A DNA stretch of 64,000 nt from Clostridia bacterium. Its GTDB lineage: Bacteria; Bacillota; Clostridia; Oscillospirales; CAG-272. The notes below the pieces were generated by a model. It saw only the letters and a program-made list of their open reading frames with translations, was not told where the DNA came from and searched no databases. The position numbers were made by a program, and so were the translations under genes. Of this stretch, positions 47,542 through 55,917 are shown piece by piece; position 1 is the stretch's first letter; each line of letters opens with the position of its first letter. The stretch covers positions 11,865 to 75,864 of the forward strand of contig JAFULC010000044.1 of NCBI GenBank assembly GCA_017483305.1, read 5' to 3'.

Positions 47542-48813
47542 TTATTTCATCGTGAGGCGTTGGATGCCTCGGTCTTGCTCCAAGTCCTCGTCCTGATCTT
47601 CGGTCTGCTCTTGCTCGGTCTGCTGTTCCTCATAGGGGACAAGCTCATAAAGAGAACGCCCACGGGCAGAAACAACACCGTAATCGGTGGCTGTCGCTCC
47701 AAGCCGTGTGAGCAGTCGGTCGCCCTCATTTCTTGTGAGGAGCGTATCGAACCAATGGCTGTCCATACGAGAGTCCATGTGGCGGAGTATATATTCTCTG
47801 AAAAAGTCCGAGGAATCGTCCACCATATACGAATGCTCATATTGATGCAGATTTCTTGCGATGTCGAGAATATCCTCGATCTTGGAGGGTTCTTCAGCGG
47901 AGAGTACCGACTTGAATTTAACCTGATCGGCGGGTGTCATCTCTACCATCATCTCCGCAAGGCTGTTAAGCGAATCGAAGTCCTGCATATCCCCAAAGTG
48001 ATCGGATTCGATCTGCGGGACGGAGGATTCAAAGGCGTAATATACACAGCTTCGGATATCGCTCATGCCGAGTTCGTCGGTAACCGCTTTGATCTCATCC
48101 TCGGTTGCGGGGAGCGAGAGCCATACCGTCTTGGAGTTCAGCTCGTCATCCTCATAGATAGGCGGATGGGTGACCTCCAAACGGAAAGCGTACCATGTGG
48201 ACACGTCGCTCTGCGGGAGCTGCTGACCGTCATATACCTTGGGAAGCTCATATTCGCTTGCGATGATATAATGCCCATCGATAAATACGCCGCCGTCGCT
48301 TTGCTGTTGAAGCTGCCCGACCTTCATTTTATCAAGCAAATACAGCGATGCTTCGGGAACAGCTTCTACATCGGTTTGAATATCGTTTTCAATTACAAAT
48401 TCTCCAAGATGTTGAGGGTTACCCACGTTTGATAGGATGGATACGTCATCAAGCCCATAGGTCAAGTTTATCAGATCCTTGGGACTGACAAGTTCATCCT
48501 CGCCCACCTTTAGAATCTTGGGAGATACTGCCCGAAGCACAAGCCGTTCATCCTCATTAAGACTGTCGAGCCTTTGAGCAAGGAAGTTCAGCTCATCGAT
48601 TGTGGGAGAGTCCAACCGCCTGAATGGGAGCATAGGGATGGCTTCGCATTCGTAGATCGAATATTCATGATAGGTATCTGCATCGGTGATCCTCGCACGT
48701 TGGAAAGCATCCCGTATTTCGTGTTCCTCTGCGGGAAGTTCCAGTTCGGCATACAACCATTTTCCCGTATCGGGATGCTCGTTTGCTATTTCGAGCTTGA
48801 TTTGCTTTGGCAT
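47542..48813 (-). CDS. acidic hypothetical protein, possibly ArdA-like antirestriction protein
   Basis: 423 aa from ATG 48813 and very acidic, including the tail EEQQTEQEQTEDQDEDLEQD. Two LxLPAxExEI segments recall ArdA N-domains. This is a weak, by-eye assignment. Confidence 0.5.
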   Translation of the reverse strand: MPKQIKLEIANEHPDTGKWLYAELELPAEEHEIRDAFQRARITDADTYHEYSIYECEAIPMLPFRRLDSPTIDELNFLAQRLDSLNEDERLVLRAVSPKILKVGEDELVSPKDLINLTYGLDDVSILSNVGNPQHLGEFVIENDIQTDVEAVPEASLYLLDKMKVGQLQQQSDGGVFIDGHYIIASEYELPKVYDGQQLPQSDVSTWYAFRLEVTHPPIYEDDELNSKTVWLSLPATEDEIKAVTDELGMSDIRSCVYYAFESSVPQIESDHFGDMQDFDSLNSLAEMMVEMTPADQVKFKSVLSAEEPSKIEDILDIARNLHQYEHSYMVDDSSDFFREYILRHMDSRMDSHWFDTLLTRNEGDRLLTRLGATATDYGVVSARGRSLYELVPYEEQQTEQEQTEDQDEDLEQDRGIQRLTMK

Positions 48814-48821
48814 TTCGGATA

Positions 48822-49937
48822 TCACTCCTTTCTGACAATTCCGTACTCATCGGAGAGGCGTAAAATGCGTTTTCCGATGGCTGTGATCACGGGAACACTG
48901 ACCGCATTGCCCGCCATCTTATATAGGTGTCCGTCCTTGAGGCCTGTTGCCTCGGCTCTTTGGAACTGCTCGTCCGTAAAGCCTTGGAGCCGCCAGCACT
49001 CGATTGGCATGAGCTTTCGGATGCGACCTCTGTGCCATACGCCGTGGCGATCTTGTGCCGTGATGGTGAACATCGGCTCGTCGGGTTCTTTGACGCGCCG
49101 TCCCTGCTGACGGACGGTTTCTCGGTCGGGCGTGAGGATCGCTCTCGGAGCTTCGTCCTCGATCAGCACAGCCGAGTGTTCGCCTCGGTGGTTGCTGACA
49201 CCCGAATCTTGACGGGCGGTGATGCATCTTGCGTGATCGGTGATCACGGGATTGACATTCATGTCTATAAAATACAGTCCTGTCTTGCCGCCCCAACCTC
49301 CCGATCCAGCGCATTGGGTGCAGGCTATTCCGTCTGTTTCGTAGACGCGCTGTCCTTGCGGTCCGGGGATAAGTTGCTTGAGATCTTCCGCATCGCCGCA
49401 GGCGAGAGGAAATATTTGTCCGGCACATCTTGGTTCAAGATATCCGACAATATACAATCGCCTCCGTTGCTGTGGGACTCCGAAATGTTTGCTGTTATGC
49501 ACACACCATTCGAGATGATACCCCATTTCAACAAGCGTGGAGAAGATGGTATCAAGCGTCCTGCCGCCGTCATGCGATAGCAAGCCGGGAACGTTTTCCA
49601 AAAATAAAAATGCAGGCCGTTTCGCTGCAATGATTCGGGCAACCTCAAAGATGAGAGTGCCTCGCATATCGTTGAATCCGAGCCGTTTTCCCGCAACGCT
49701 GAAGCTTTGGCAAGGAAATCCGGCACAGATAACGTCAAAGTCGGGCATGGTTTCGGGGTTGATTTTTCGTGCATCGTCACAATAAAATTCTCCTTTCGGT
49801 TGATAGATTGCGTTATACGCTTGGTTGGCGTGCCTGTCGATCTCACAATGACCGATGCATTCAAACCCGCCTACCGTTTCAAGACCGCTTCTGAATCCTC
49901 CGATCCCCGAAAACATATCAAAAAATCGGATACTCAT
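48822..49937 (-). CDS. DNA (cytosine-5)-methyltransferase, orphan
   Basis: Motif I FDMFSGIGGF, motif IV GFPCQSFS and motif VI ENV are present. Confidence 0.95.
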   Translation of the reverse strand: MSIRFFDMFSGIGGFRSGLETVGGFECIGHCEIDRHANQAYNAIYQPKGEFYCDDARKINPETMPDFDVICAGFPCQSFSVAGKRLGFNDMRGTLIFEVARIIAAKRPAFLFLENVPGLLSHDGGRTLDTIFSTLVEMGYHLEWCVHNSKHFGVPQQRRRLYIVGYLEPRCAGQIFPLACGDAEDLKQLIPGPQGQRVYETDGIACTQCAGSGGWGGKTGLYFIDMNVNPVITDHARCITARQDSGVSNHRGEHSAVLIEDEAPRAILTPDRETVRQQGRRVKEPDEPMFTITAQDRHGVWHRGRIRKLMPIECWRLQGFTDEQFQRAEATGLKDGHLYKMAGNAVSVPVITAIGKRILRLSDEYGIVRKE

Positions 49938-49974
49938 GTGGCATCCGACCTTTGTCCGTTATTTTCTTATCACC

Positions 49975-50520
49975 TCACATTCTCATAACGGGGGTATTGT
50001 CCATATCCTCGCTGATTTCATCAAAATTGAACCTTACGCCTGCGTTTTGGAGTTCTCCCAAAATCTGATCCTGAATACCCTTGGCAATGTCAAAGCTGAT
50101 CGGGGGCTTGCCATCCTCGTCGGGGATCATTTTTACACCGAGCCGTGAACAATAGCTCTTTACGAGATCCCAGCATTCTTCTTCAAGCTCGTCGAAATAA
50201 CCGAGCGAGGAGCAATCCACGGGTTCGTCAGGGAGGACAATTTGGCAATCGTCGCCAAGGTTCACAACCTCATGTCCTTTGGCGATTTCTTCCTCTGCGA
50301 TTTCATCCATTGTGAGCTTGCGAAACTTATCCTTATCGGGCATAATGGAGAGCGTTCTGCCGTTATCCCATTTCATATCGATGCCACCGTAGTCGCTAAC
50401 ATAGTTTACCGTACCGCGCATTCCAACAGGGACGGGAGCGTAGGGATCGTCCATGTGCAACAGCTCCAACCGTGTGCCAGGCGGATATATTTCAGTTAGT
50501 CTTTTGACATAGTCTGTCAT
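49975..50520 (-). CDS. DUF4314-domain protein (acidic)
   Basis: Start at MTDYVKRL (GGAGGT plus 6 nt; ATGA overlap with the upstream stop). The segment PGTRLELLHMDDPYAPVPVGMRGTV...WDNG matches the DUF4314 pattern. Confidence 0.65.
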   Translation of the reverse strand: MTDYVKRLTEIYPPGTRLELLHMDDPYAPVPVGMRGTVNYVSDYGGIDMKWDNGRTLSIMPDKDKFRKLTMDEIAEEEIAKGHEVVNLGDDCQIVLPDEPVDCSSLGYFDELEEECWDLVKSYCSRLGVKMIPDEDGKPPISFDIAKGIQDQILGELQNAGVRFNFDEISEDMDNTPVMRM

Positions 50521-50861
50521 TGTGTTACCTCCATATTGAATAATTCTTTCGGTGACCAATCGATGCTGAACTCTGACTCTCCGCGCTCATGGCAACGAGC
50601 TTCAAGAAAGTCGGGGCGGTCTTGCCTGCGTATCGTCATATAAGCGACTTCTTCGGGCGTTGCAATAAAATCTTCTCCTTCGCCATACGCATACGCATTG
50701 GCATGAACCTTGACTGTGCATTCCTCGTCAAGTTCATCCATGAATTCTTCAAACAGAGTCCAACCTTCGAGGTCATCGTATTGCTTTGGAATGCCTGCTA
50801 CAAGGAATTCCGATTGTTTATCGCCTGCGGTTACGGTAACCGCAGAAAAAAGCACAGCCAT
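50517..50861 (-). CDS. small strongly acidic hypothetical protein
   Basis: 114 aa with 26 Asp/Glu versus 9 Lys/Arg by my count. Confidence 0.55.
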   Translation of the reverse strand: MAVLFSAVTVTAGDKQSEFLVAGIPKQYDDLEGWTLFEEFMDELDEECTVKVHANAYAYGEGEDFIATPEEVAYMTIRRQDRPDFLEARCHERGESEFSIDWSPKELFNMEVTQ

Positions 50862-50864
50862 ATA

Positions 50865-51287
50865 TTACATCCCTCCCATCATCTGACCGCCGTAATGCAT
50901 TTCTTGGTCGGCGTACATTTCAATGTAACTTTCGACCTTTCCCTGAATACGCTCGAATTCGGAATCCGTAGGTTCGTATCCGAACCATTGTGCTTTTCCG
51001 TTGTCATCCCATATATGAGGCTTGCGATCTCTTGCCGCGCCCTTGAGTCCAATAATTTCATGGAACATAAAGGTTTGGCTGTCCACAAGTCCTTCCTTGC
51101 GGTTTATGATCGAGAGCTTGAGACCTTCATATTGTCCTGAAACTCTCGCCGCCACAAACTCGACCTTGGCTCGAAGATCACCACCGATATCGCTGATCAT
51201 CGCCTTTCCCGCAAACACGGTATCGGCGGAGAGTAGTTCGGATTCTCCGAAAATCCTTTGCATTTGTCTTTCATAAAAATTCGTCAT
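50865..51287 (-). CDS. hypothetical protein
   Basis: 140-aa ORF packed 3 nt from each neighbour in the same orientation. Confidence 0.55.
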   Translation of the reverse strand: MTNFYERQMQRIFGESELLSADTVFAGKAMISDIGGDLRAKVEFVAARVSGQYEGLKLSIINRKEGLVDSQTFMFHEIIGLKGAARDRKPHIWDDNGKAQWFGYEPTDSEFERIQGKVESYIEMYADQEMHYGGQMMGGM

Positions 51288-51290
51288 GTT

Positions 51291-52142
51291 TTACCCTCCG
51301 AATCTCATGCCGGGGAGTTGCGACAGGTATTCTTCGAACTCATCCTCGGTGTGAAGGAAATAGTCATCTCCGCTATGCCAATAAGACACATAGAGATCGC
51401 CCTCGTCAACGGGGATTTCTCTTTGCTCGAAGCCCTCGCCAAGACCGTCGCTGTTCTGACCGCTGATTGCATCACGGAGACGTTCCGTTTCATCGGGAGT
51501 GAGCGCTTCGGTGAGGTAGCAATCGATCTTTCCGTAAAGAGTGCCACAGTGTTCCTCCACACCCCATTCTGCAAACACGAGCTTATCCTTGATGTCTGCG
51601 TGGTCACCGACATATTCAGCCATGTTGATCTCGGTCGATTGCTCTTTGGCAATGGCTTCTTCAATGGCATCAGCGTTGGTGTTTATGATATAGCTGTCAG
51701 CTTCGTAGTAGTCGCCATCGTGGTCGGAGAGATTGCCGGTCAACGGGCAGAAGAAGGACATCTGTGTGCCTGCAAGGTTTTTCAGCATTTCCTTGATATC
51801 TCCATACAGTTCCTCTGTGGTATCGTATTGTTCATGGAGAAGATTTGCTTCAAGGTCATCCCGAAGTTCCTCTCGAACCCCCGATACCGATTCGTCGATT
51901 ACGCGCACATCGTAGAGACTATCGGAGTCGGAAAGGATTCGGAGGAGACTGTTGCCGACATCGCTGTCTGCGTGAAGCCTGATGGGAGAGTTCTCGTCCT
52001 TCATTTCTTTGACTCGCAGGGCAAAAATCGAGTTTATCAGCCCATATTCCTTGGCTTTCTCGAACATTTGATTAAACTCGGTAACCATATCATAGGTTTC
52101 CGTTGCTTGGGTGTTGGGGTGGGTGATTGTTAATTTGAGCAT
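51291..52142 (-). CDS. acidic hypothetical protein
   Basis: 283 aa, Asp/Glu-rich throughout by eye. Confidence 0.55.
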   Translation of the reverse strand: MLKLTITHPNTQATETYDMVTEFNQMFEKAKEYGLINSIFALRVKEMKDENSPIRLHADSDVGNSLLRILSDSDSLYDVRVIDESVSGVREELRDDLEANLLHEQYDTTEELYGDIKEMLKNLAGTQMSFFCPLTGNLSDHDGDYYEADSYIINTNADAIEEAIAKEQSTEINMAEYVGDHADIKDKLVFAEWGVEEHCGTLYGKIDCYLTEALTPDETERLRDAISGQNSDGLGEGFEQREIPVDEGDLYVSYWHSGDDYFLHTEDEFEEYLSQLPGMRFGG

Positions 52143-52154
52143 TCGTCTTTCTCC

Positions 52155-52832
52155 TTATTTGAATTGAATTGCGCCGAGTCCGTATCGGCGGATTGTCATT
52201 GCGTTGCAGATCACACCGAAGAGCTTCGGGGGAATGAGATCGCTGTCGGCAAGGTCGCTGATTGTGAGGTGCTTTGTTCCGAGGGCGAGATCCTTGGCAC
52301 AGCAGAACAAGGCATATCCCGCTTCGGTGGTATTACTGATGCGGATGCGGTCGTATGCGATCTCGCATCGGTCAACATATCGGCTCACCTGATTCCACAG
52401 CCGTCCGTCTGCGGTGAAGAGATAGACCGCCGCCATGAGCGCGTCATCCTTTTTGTTCATCTTCCTGACTACCTCGGTAAAAACTTCTTTGTGCTTATCG
52501 TTTTTGAATTGCATGGTATTTTCCTCGCTTTCTCTGATATGGTGGCGGAGCCGCAACTGAAAAGCAAAATGGTTCACGGGGGAGAGTGCTTCGAGCAGAG
52601 CTTCTTTGATCGGTACTGCGCCAGCGGTGATGCGTTCCTTCATATATGGGCATTTGCCCTCGGTGCATCCGATTCCTTTCTGCCAGTGCAGACAGTATCT
52701 GCAATCGCAGTCCTTGGCGGTGTACTCGAACTTGTTGAAAACGAATACGCCGTATCCTCTCGGACGGAAGTTCGGGATGCGAGTCATCAGCCTTTCAAGT
52801 TCTCGGTCGGTGTAGGTAATGGTAAGCAACAT
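52155..52832 (-). CDS. hypothetical protein with an N-terminal Cys cluster (first ORF at this end of the element)
   Basis: 225 aa with CDCRYCLHWQKGIGCTEGKCPYM. GGAG RBS 8 nt upstream. Confidence 0.6.
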   Translation of the reverse strand: MLLTITYTDRELERLMTRIPNFRPRGYGVFVFNKFEYTAKDCDCRYCLHWQKGIGCTEGKCPYMKERITAGAVPIKEALLEALSPVNHFAFQLRLRHHIRESEENTMQFKNDKHKEVFTEVVRKMNKKDDALMAAVYLFTADGRLWNQVSRYVDRCEIAYDRIRISNTTEAGYALFCCAKDLALGTKHLTISDLADSDLIPPKLFGVICNAMTIRRYGLGAIQFK

Positions 52833-52854
52833 GGTTTCATCTCCTTTTTCTTTG

Positions 52855-52892
52855 AAATAAAAAAAGCCGATATCTTTTTACGGATACCGGCT
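52855..52892 (-). terminator. intrinsic terminator (minus strand) just upstream of the first ICE ORF
   Basis: Hairpin AGCCGGTATCCG..AGATATCGGCT followed by TTTTTTT on the minus strand. Confidence 0.55.
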
Positions 52893-52900
52893 AATGGGAA

Positions 52901-52938
52901 TAAAAAAAGCGCATAGGATTTCTTTGTTTCCTATGCGC
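52901..52938 (-). terminator. intrinsic terminator (minus strand)
   Basis: Perfect 10-bp stem GCGCATAGGA / TCCTATGCGC followed by TTTTTTT on the minus strand. Confidence 0.65.
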
Positions 52939-53044
52939 CGTTTTGACAATTATTTAGTTGTGCGAGAGTTCAAATCCCTGAACTGTGGGGAAATAGCGAT
53001 TTTATATCTTCATTTTTGTATCTCAATATTTCGCCCCTGAAAAA

Positions 53045-53076
53045 CGAAAAAAGCCTTGAAAATCAAGGCTTTTTTG
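53045..53076. terminator. bidirectional terminator downstream of tRNA-Gln
   Basis: AAAAAAGCCTTGA-AAA-TCAAGGCTTTTTT. Confidence 0.65.
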
Positions 53077-53104
53077 TGGCGATATCTTTTTTATCGCCCT
53101 TTGA

Positions 53105-53180
53105 TGGCTGGGGCACAGGGATTCGAACCCCGGAAATGTCAGAGTCAGAGTCTGATGCCTTACCGCTTGGCGATGCCCCA
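53105..53180 (-). tRNA. tRNA-Gln (anticodon CUG), CCA encoded
   Basis: I folded the reverse complement by hand: TGGGGCA-TC-GCC..GGC-A-TCAGA-CTCTGAC-TCTGA-..-CGGGG-TTCGAAT-CCCTG-TGCCCCA-G-CCA. The acceptor stem is 7 bp, the anticodon loop is CT-CTG-AC, and the total is 76 nt. Confidence 0.9.
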
Positions 53181-53210
53181 AAATATTCCATTGGTCTTGA
53201 CGACCTATGT

Positions 53211-53239
53211 ATTATATCAAAAAGAAATCGGTTTGTCAA
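53211..53239 (-). promoter_or_regulatory. consensus sigma-A promoter for tRNA-Gln
   Basis: On the minus strand: TTGACA, 17 nt spacer, TATAAT, about 30 nt upstream of the mature tRNA 5' end. Confidence 0.7.
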
Positions 53240-53530
53240 TAGCTTTTTCAAAAAAATTTAAAAATCTTTTCCGACTCCTCTCTGATTATCCCCCAAAAAT
53301 CCAACCCGTATGCTCCAAAACAGTTAAATTTGTTAAAATTCATCACCAAAACCGCGGCAAAACAAGCCTCCTCAGGCATAAATCTGCTACAATTTATCAT
53401 AAATTTACATTTACATTATTTTTTCGTTACATTTTAAAGTTCAAATATGATAGAATAAAAAATGGGTGTATCTGCACCCTCACAAAAACAGTCAATTAAA
53501 CCTTACCCCAAAAAACGAAAGGACGTAACA

Positions 53531-55336
53531 ATGGGACTTTTTGAAATCTTGGAGCTGGTCTGCGGTCTTGCCCTTTTCCTCTACGGAATGGACGTAATGG
53601 GCAATGCGCTCAAAAAGAGCGCGGGACGCAAGCTCAAAACCATCTTAGGCAACCTGACCTCAAGCAAGCTCAAGGGCTTCCTGCTCGGTCTCGGTGTCAC
53701 GGCAATAATCCAGTCCTCCTCCGCTACGACCGTAATGGTCGTCGGCTTTGTAAACTCGGGAACGATGCTGCTCTCCCAGGCAATAAGCGTCATTCTCGGA
53801 GCAAATCTGGGCACCGCCGTCACCGCATGGCTTACAGCGCTGAACAGCCTCGGAAACACCGAAGCCCTGTCCGCGATAGCCTTCCTCGACTACCTCACCC
53901 CTGACTTCTGGATGCCCATTCTCGCTATCATCGGAATAGCATTCATAATGTTCTCAAAAAGAGACAGGCAGAAGGACGTCGGTACGATCCTCGTAGGCTT
54001 CGCAGTACTTATGGTAGGTATGAGCACCATGTCGGGCGCGGTCACAGGACTTAAGAACGACCCCGAGTTTGCAAGAATACTCACCATCTTCTCCAACCCC
54101 ATAATCGGTGTTATTGTCGGTGCCGTCCTCACCGCGATAGTTCAGTCCTCCTCCGCATCGATCGGTATCCTTCAGGCGCTTTCGGTAACGGGAGGCATCA
54201 GCTTCGGTATGGCGATCCCGATCGTCCTCGGTCAGAACATCGGTACCTGCGTAACCGCAATGCTCTCCGCACTCGGCGCAAACAAGAACGGTAAGAGAAC
54301 GGCAGTTGCCCACCTCTTCTTCAACGTCATCGGCGTGGTCTTCTGGCTCTCGATGTACTACCTTGTCGGCTGGATACTCAACCTCGTCGGCGTATTTGAC
54401 CTCTTCAAGCTTGCCGAGGCAACTATCGATCCCTTCGGTATCGCGATCGTGCATACCGTATTCAAAATCCTCGCTATCGCGCTTATGTGGCCCTTCACCA
54501 AGCTTCTCGAAAAGCTCGCGTGCGCTATCGTCAAGGGCGACGACAAGAAGGGCGACGAATACACCTCTATGCTTGACGAGCGTCTTCTCGACACTCCCTC
54601 GGTCGCACTCGACCGTTGCCGTGTCGTAGCTGCTCACATGGCAGAGCTTTCGATCAAGCCCCTCGAAAACGCTATAACCCTGCTTGAAGAATACGATCCC
54701 AAGGCCGCGCAGGCAATACGCGATGCCGAGGACAAGGTCGATATTTACGAGGACGCGCTCGGCTCTTACCTCGTCAAGCTCGCCTCTCGCAGCATGTCGG
54801 AGGAAGACAGCGCGGAGATAACCAAGCTTCTTCACATGATAGGCGACCTCGAGCGAATCTCCGACCACTCGGTCAACCTCGTCGAGTCCGCAGAGGAGAT
54901 CAAGGACAAAAACATCTCCTTCTCCGAGCAGGCAGTGCGTGAGCTTAAAACCATGTATAGCGCTCTCGAGGAGATCAGTGAAATGACCGTCAGAGCGTTT
55001 GTCGACAACGATATGGACTGTGCCCTTTCGGTAGAGCCTCTCGAGGAGGTAGTCGACGACCTCAAGGATCAGATCAGGATCAATCACGTCATCCGCGTGC
55101 AAAAGAGCCAGTGCACGATCGAGCACGGCTTCATCCTCTCGGATATCCTCACCAACCTCGAGCGAGTATCCGACCACTGCTCCAACATCGCGGGATGCCT
55201 CATCGAGATCTCGCGTCACCACGAAGCGCTCGACCTGCACAATTACCTGCACGAGCTCAAGGAGGCAGAGGGCACTCACTTCAACGAGCAATACAAAAAA
55301 TATTCGGAAAAGTATTCTATTAAATCCGATATCTAA
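53531..55336 (+). CDS. Na/Pi cotransporter family protein with a C-terminal PhoU-like domain
   Basis: Start at MGLFEILELVCGLALFLYGM. It has duplicated Na/Pi cotransporter repeats followed by PhoU-like helices (ERISDH / ERVSDH). Confidence 0.9.
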   Translation: MGLFEILELVCGLALFLYGMDVMGNALKKSAGRKLKTILGNLTSSKLKGFLLGLGVTAIIQSSSATTVMVVGFVNSGTMLLSQAISVILGANLGTAVTAWLTALNSLGNTEALSAIAFLDYLTPDFWMPILAIIGIAFIMFSKRDRQKDVGTILVGFAVLMVGMSTMSGAVTGLKNDPEFARILTIFSNPIIGVIVGAVLTAIVQSSSASIGILQALSVTGGISFGMAIPIVLGQNIGTCVTAMLSALGANKNGKRTAVAHLFFNVIGVVFWLSMYYLVGWILNLVGVFDLFKLAEATIDPFGIAIVHTVFKILAIALMWPFTKLLEKLACAIVKGDDKKGDEYTSMLDERLLDTPSVALDRCRVVAAHMAELSIKPLENAITLLEEYDPKAAQAIRDAEDKVDIYEDALGSYLVKLASRSMSEEDSAEITKLLHMIGDLERISDHSVNLVESAEEIKDKNISFSEQAVRELKTMYSALEEISEMTVRAFVDNDMDCALSVEPLEEVVDDLKDQIRINHVIRVQKSQCTIEHGFILSDILTNLERVSDHCSNIAGCLIEISRHHEALDLHNYLHELKEAEGTHFNEQYKKYSEKYSIKSDI

Positions 55337-55342
55337 AAGAAC

Positions 55343-55376
55343 AAAAAACGCTTGCGGAGCTCCGCAAGCGTTTTTC
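55343..55376. terminator. bidirectional intrinsic terminator
   Basis: AAAAAA-CGCTTGCGGAGCTCCGCAAGCG-TTTTT between convergent genes. Confidence 0.75.
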
Positions 55377-55886
55377 TTATATAAATTTATCCAAAGCCTC
55401 GCGTCTTATGACCCGATAGCTCGGCTTTTCGCTTTCTCTGTAAGCATCACTGTGGTGAACCGCAGGCATTCCCGCCTCCGCATATCTTTCAAGAAAGCTG
55501 CGCCACTCGTCAAGCGAAAAATTCAGCTCAAGTCCGCCAAAGCAAGCCTCGGCATCGTCAAGATAGACACGAAGCCGCTCCTTGTCGCCAACCTTCACAC
55601 CCGCCGACTCGGCAAAAGCGTCAAACAAAGCCTCCCTCGGCAATCCGCGCGCCTTCCAGACGCCAAGATCGACCCTGCAAAGCTCGTCGGTCAAAAATTC
55701 GACCAAATCCCCTTGCCTTTCTTCAACCCTCTCGAATTCCGCGTCAAAATACCGTCTCGCCGCCTCAATATCAACAAGCAGATGCTCCGCACCCAGCGCC
55801 GCCTGATAGCAAAACTTTACCGCGTCCTGCGGCAAAAGACTTGGATGCTTTTTCGCGTGCAGAACAAAATATTCCTTAAAATCCAT
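55377..55886 (-). CDS. hypothetical protein
   Basis: 169 aa from MDFKEYFVLHAKKH (GGAG plus 5 nt). The longer ORF would overlap the upstream gene. Confidence 0.55.
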   Translation of the reverse strand: MDFKEYFVLHAKKHPSLLPQDAVKFCYQAALGAEHLLVDIEAARRYFDAEFERVEERQGDLVEFLTDELCRVDLGVWKARGLPREALFDAFAESAGVKVGDKERLRVYLDDAEACFGGLELNFSLDEWRSFLERYAEAGMPAVHHSDAYRESEKPSYRVIRREALDKFI

Positions 55887-55917
55887 AAAATCTCCAACCA
55901 AAAGCCGCCCGAGAACG

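Larger units (their letters stand above)
30240..52950. mobile_element. integrative conjugative element remnant (Firmicutes MobL / CD1110-CD1115-type T4SS); ends approximate
   Basis: A contiguous block holds the coupling protein, relaxase, VirB4, VirB6 and PrgI genes, methyltransferases and many small ICE-type ORFs. G+C is visibly higher than in the flanks. It is bounded by core genes and tRNA-Gln. Confidence 0.75.

Noticed and set aside
52955-52992. A tRNA-like 3' fragment (GAGAGTTCAAATCCCTGAAC on the plus strand) as a duplicated att site derived from tRNA-Gln.
   Set aside because: The T-stem does not pair (3 of 5 positions). The flanking acceptor sequence differs from tRNA-Gln. It is also in the opposite orientation to the tRNA gene, so it cannot be a direct repeat of its 3' end. 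I kept it only as part of the speculative junction RNA.
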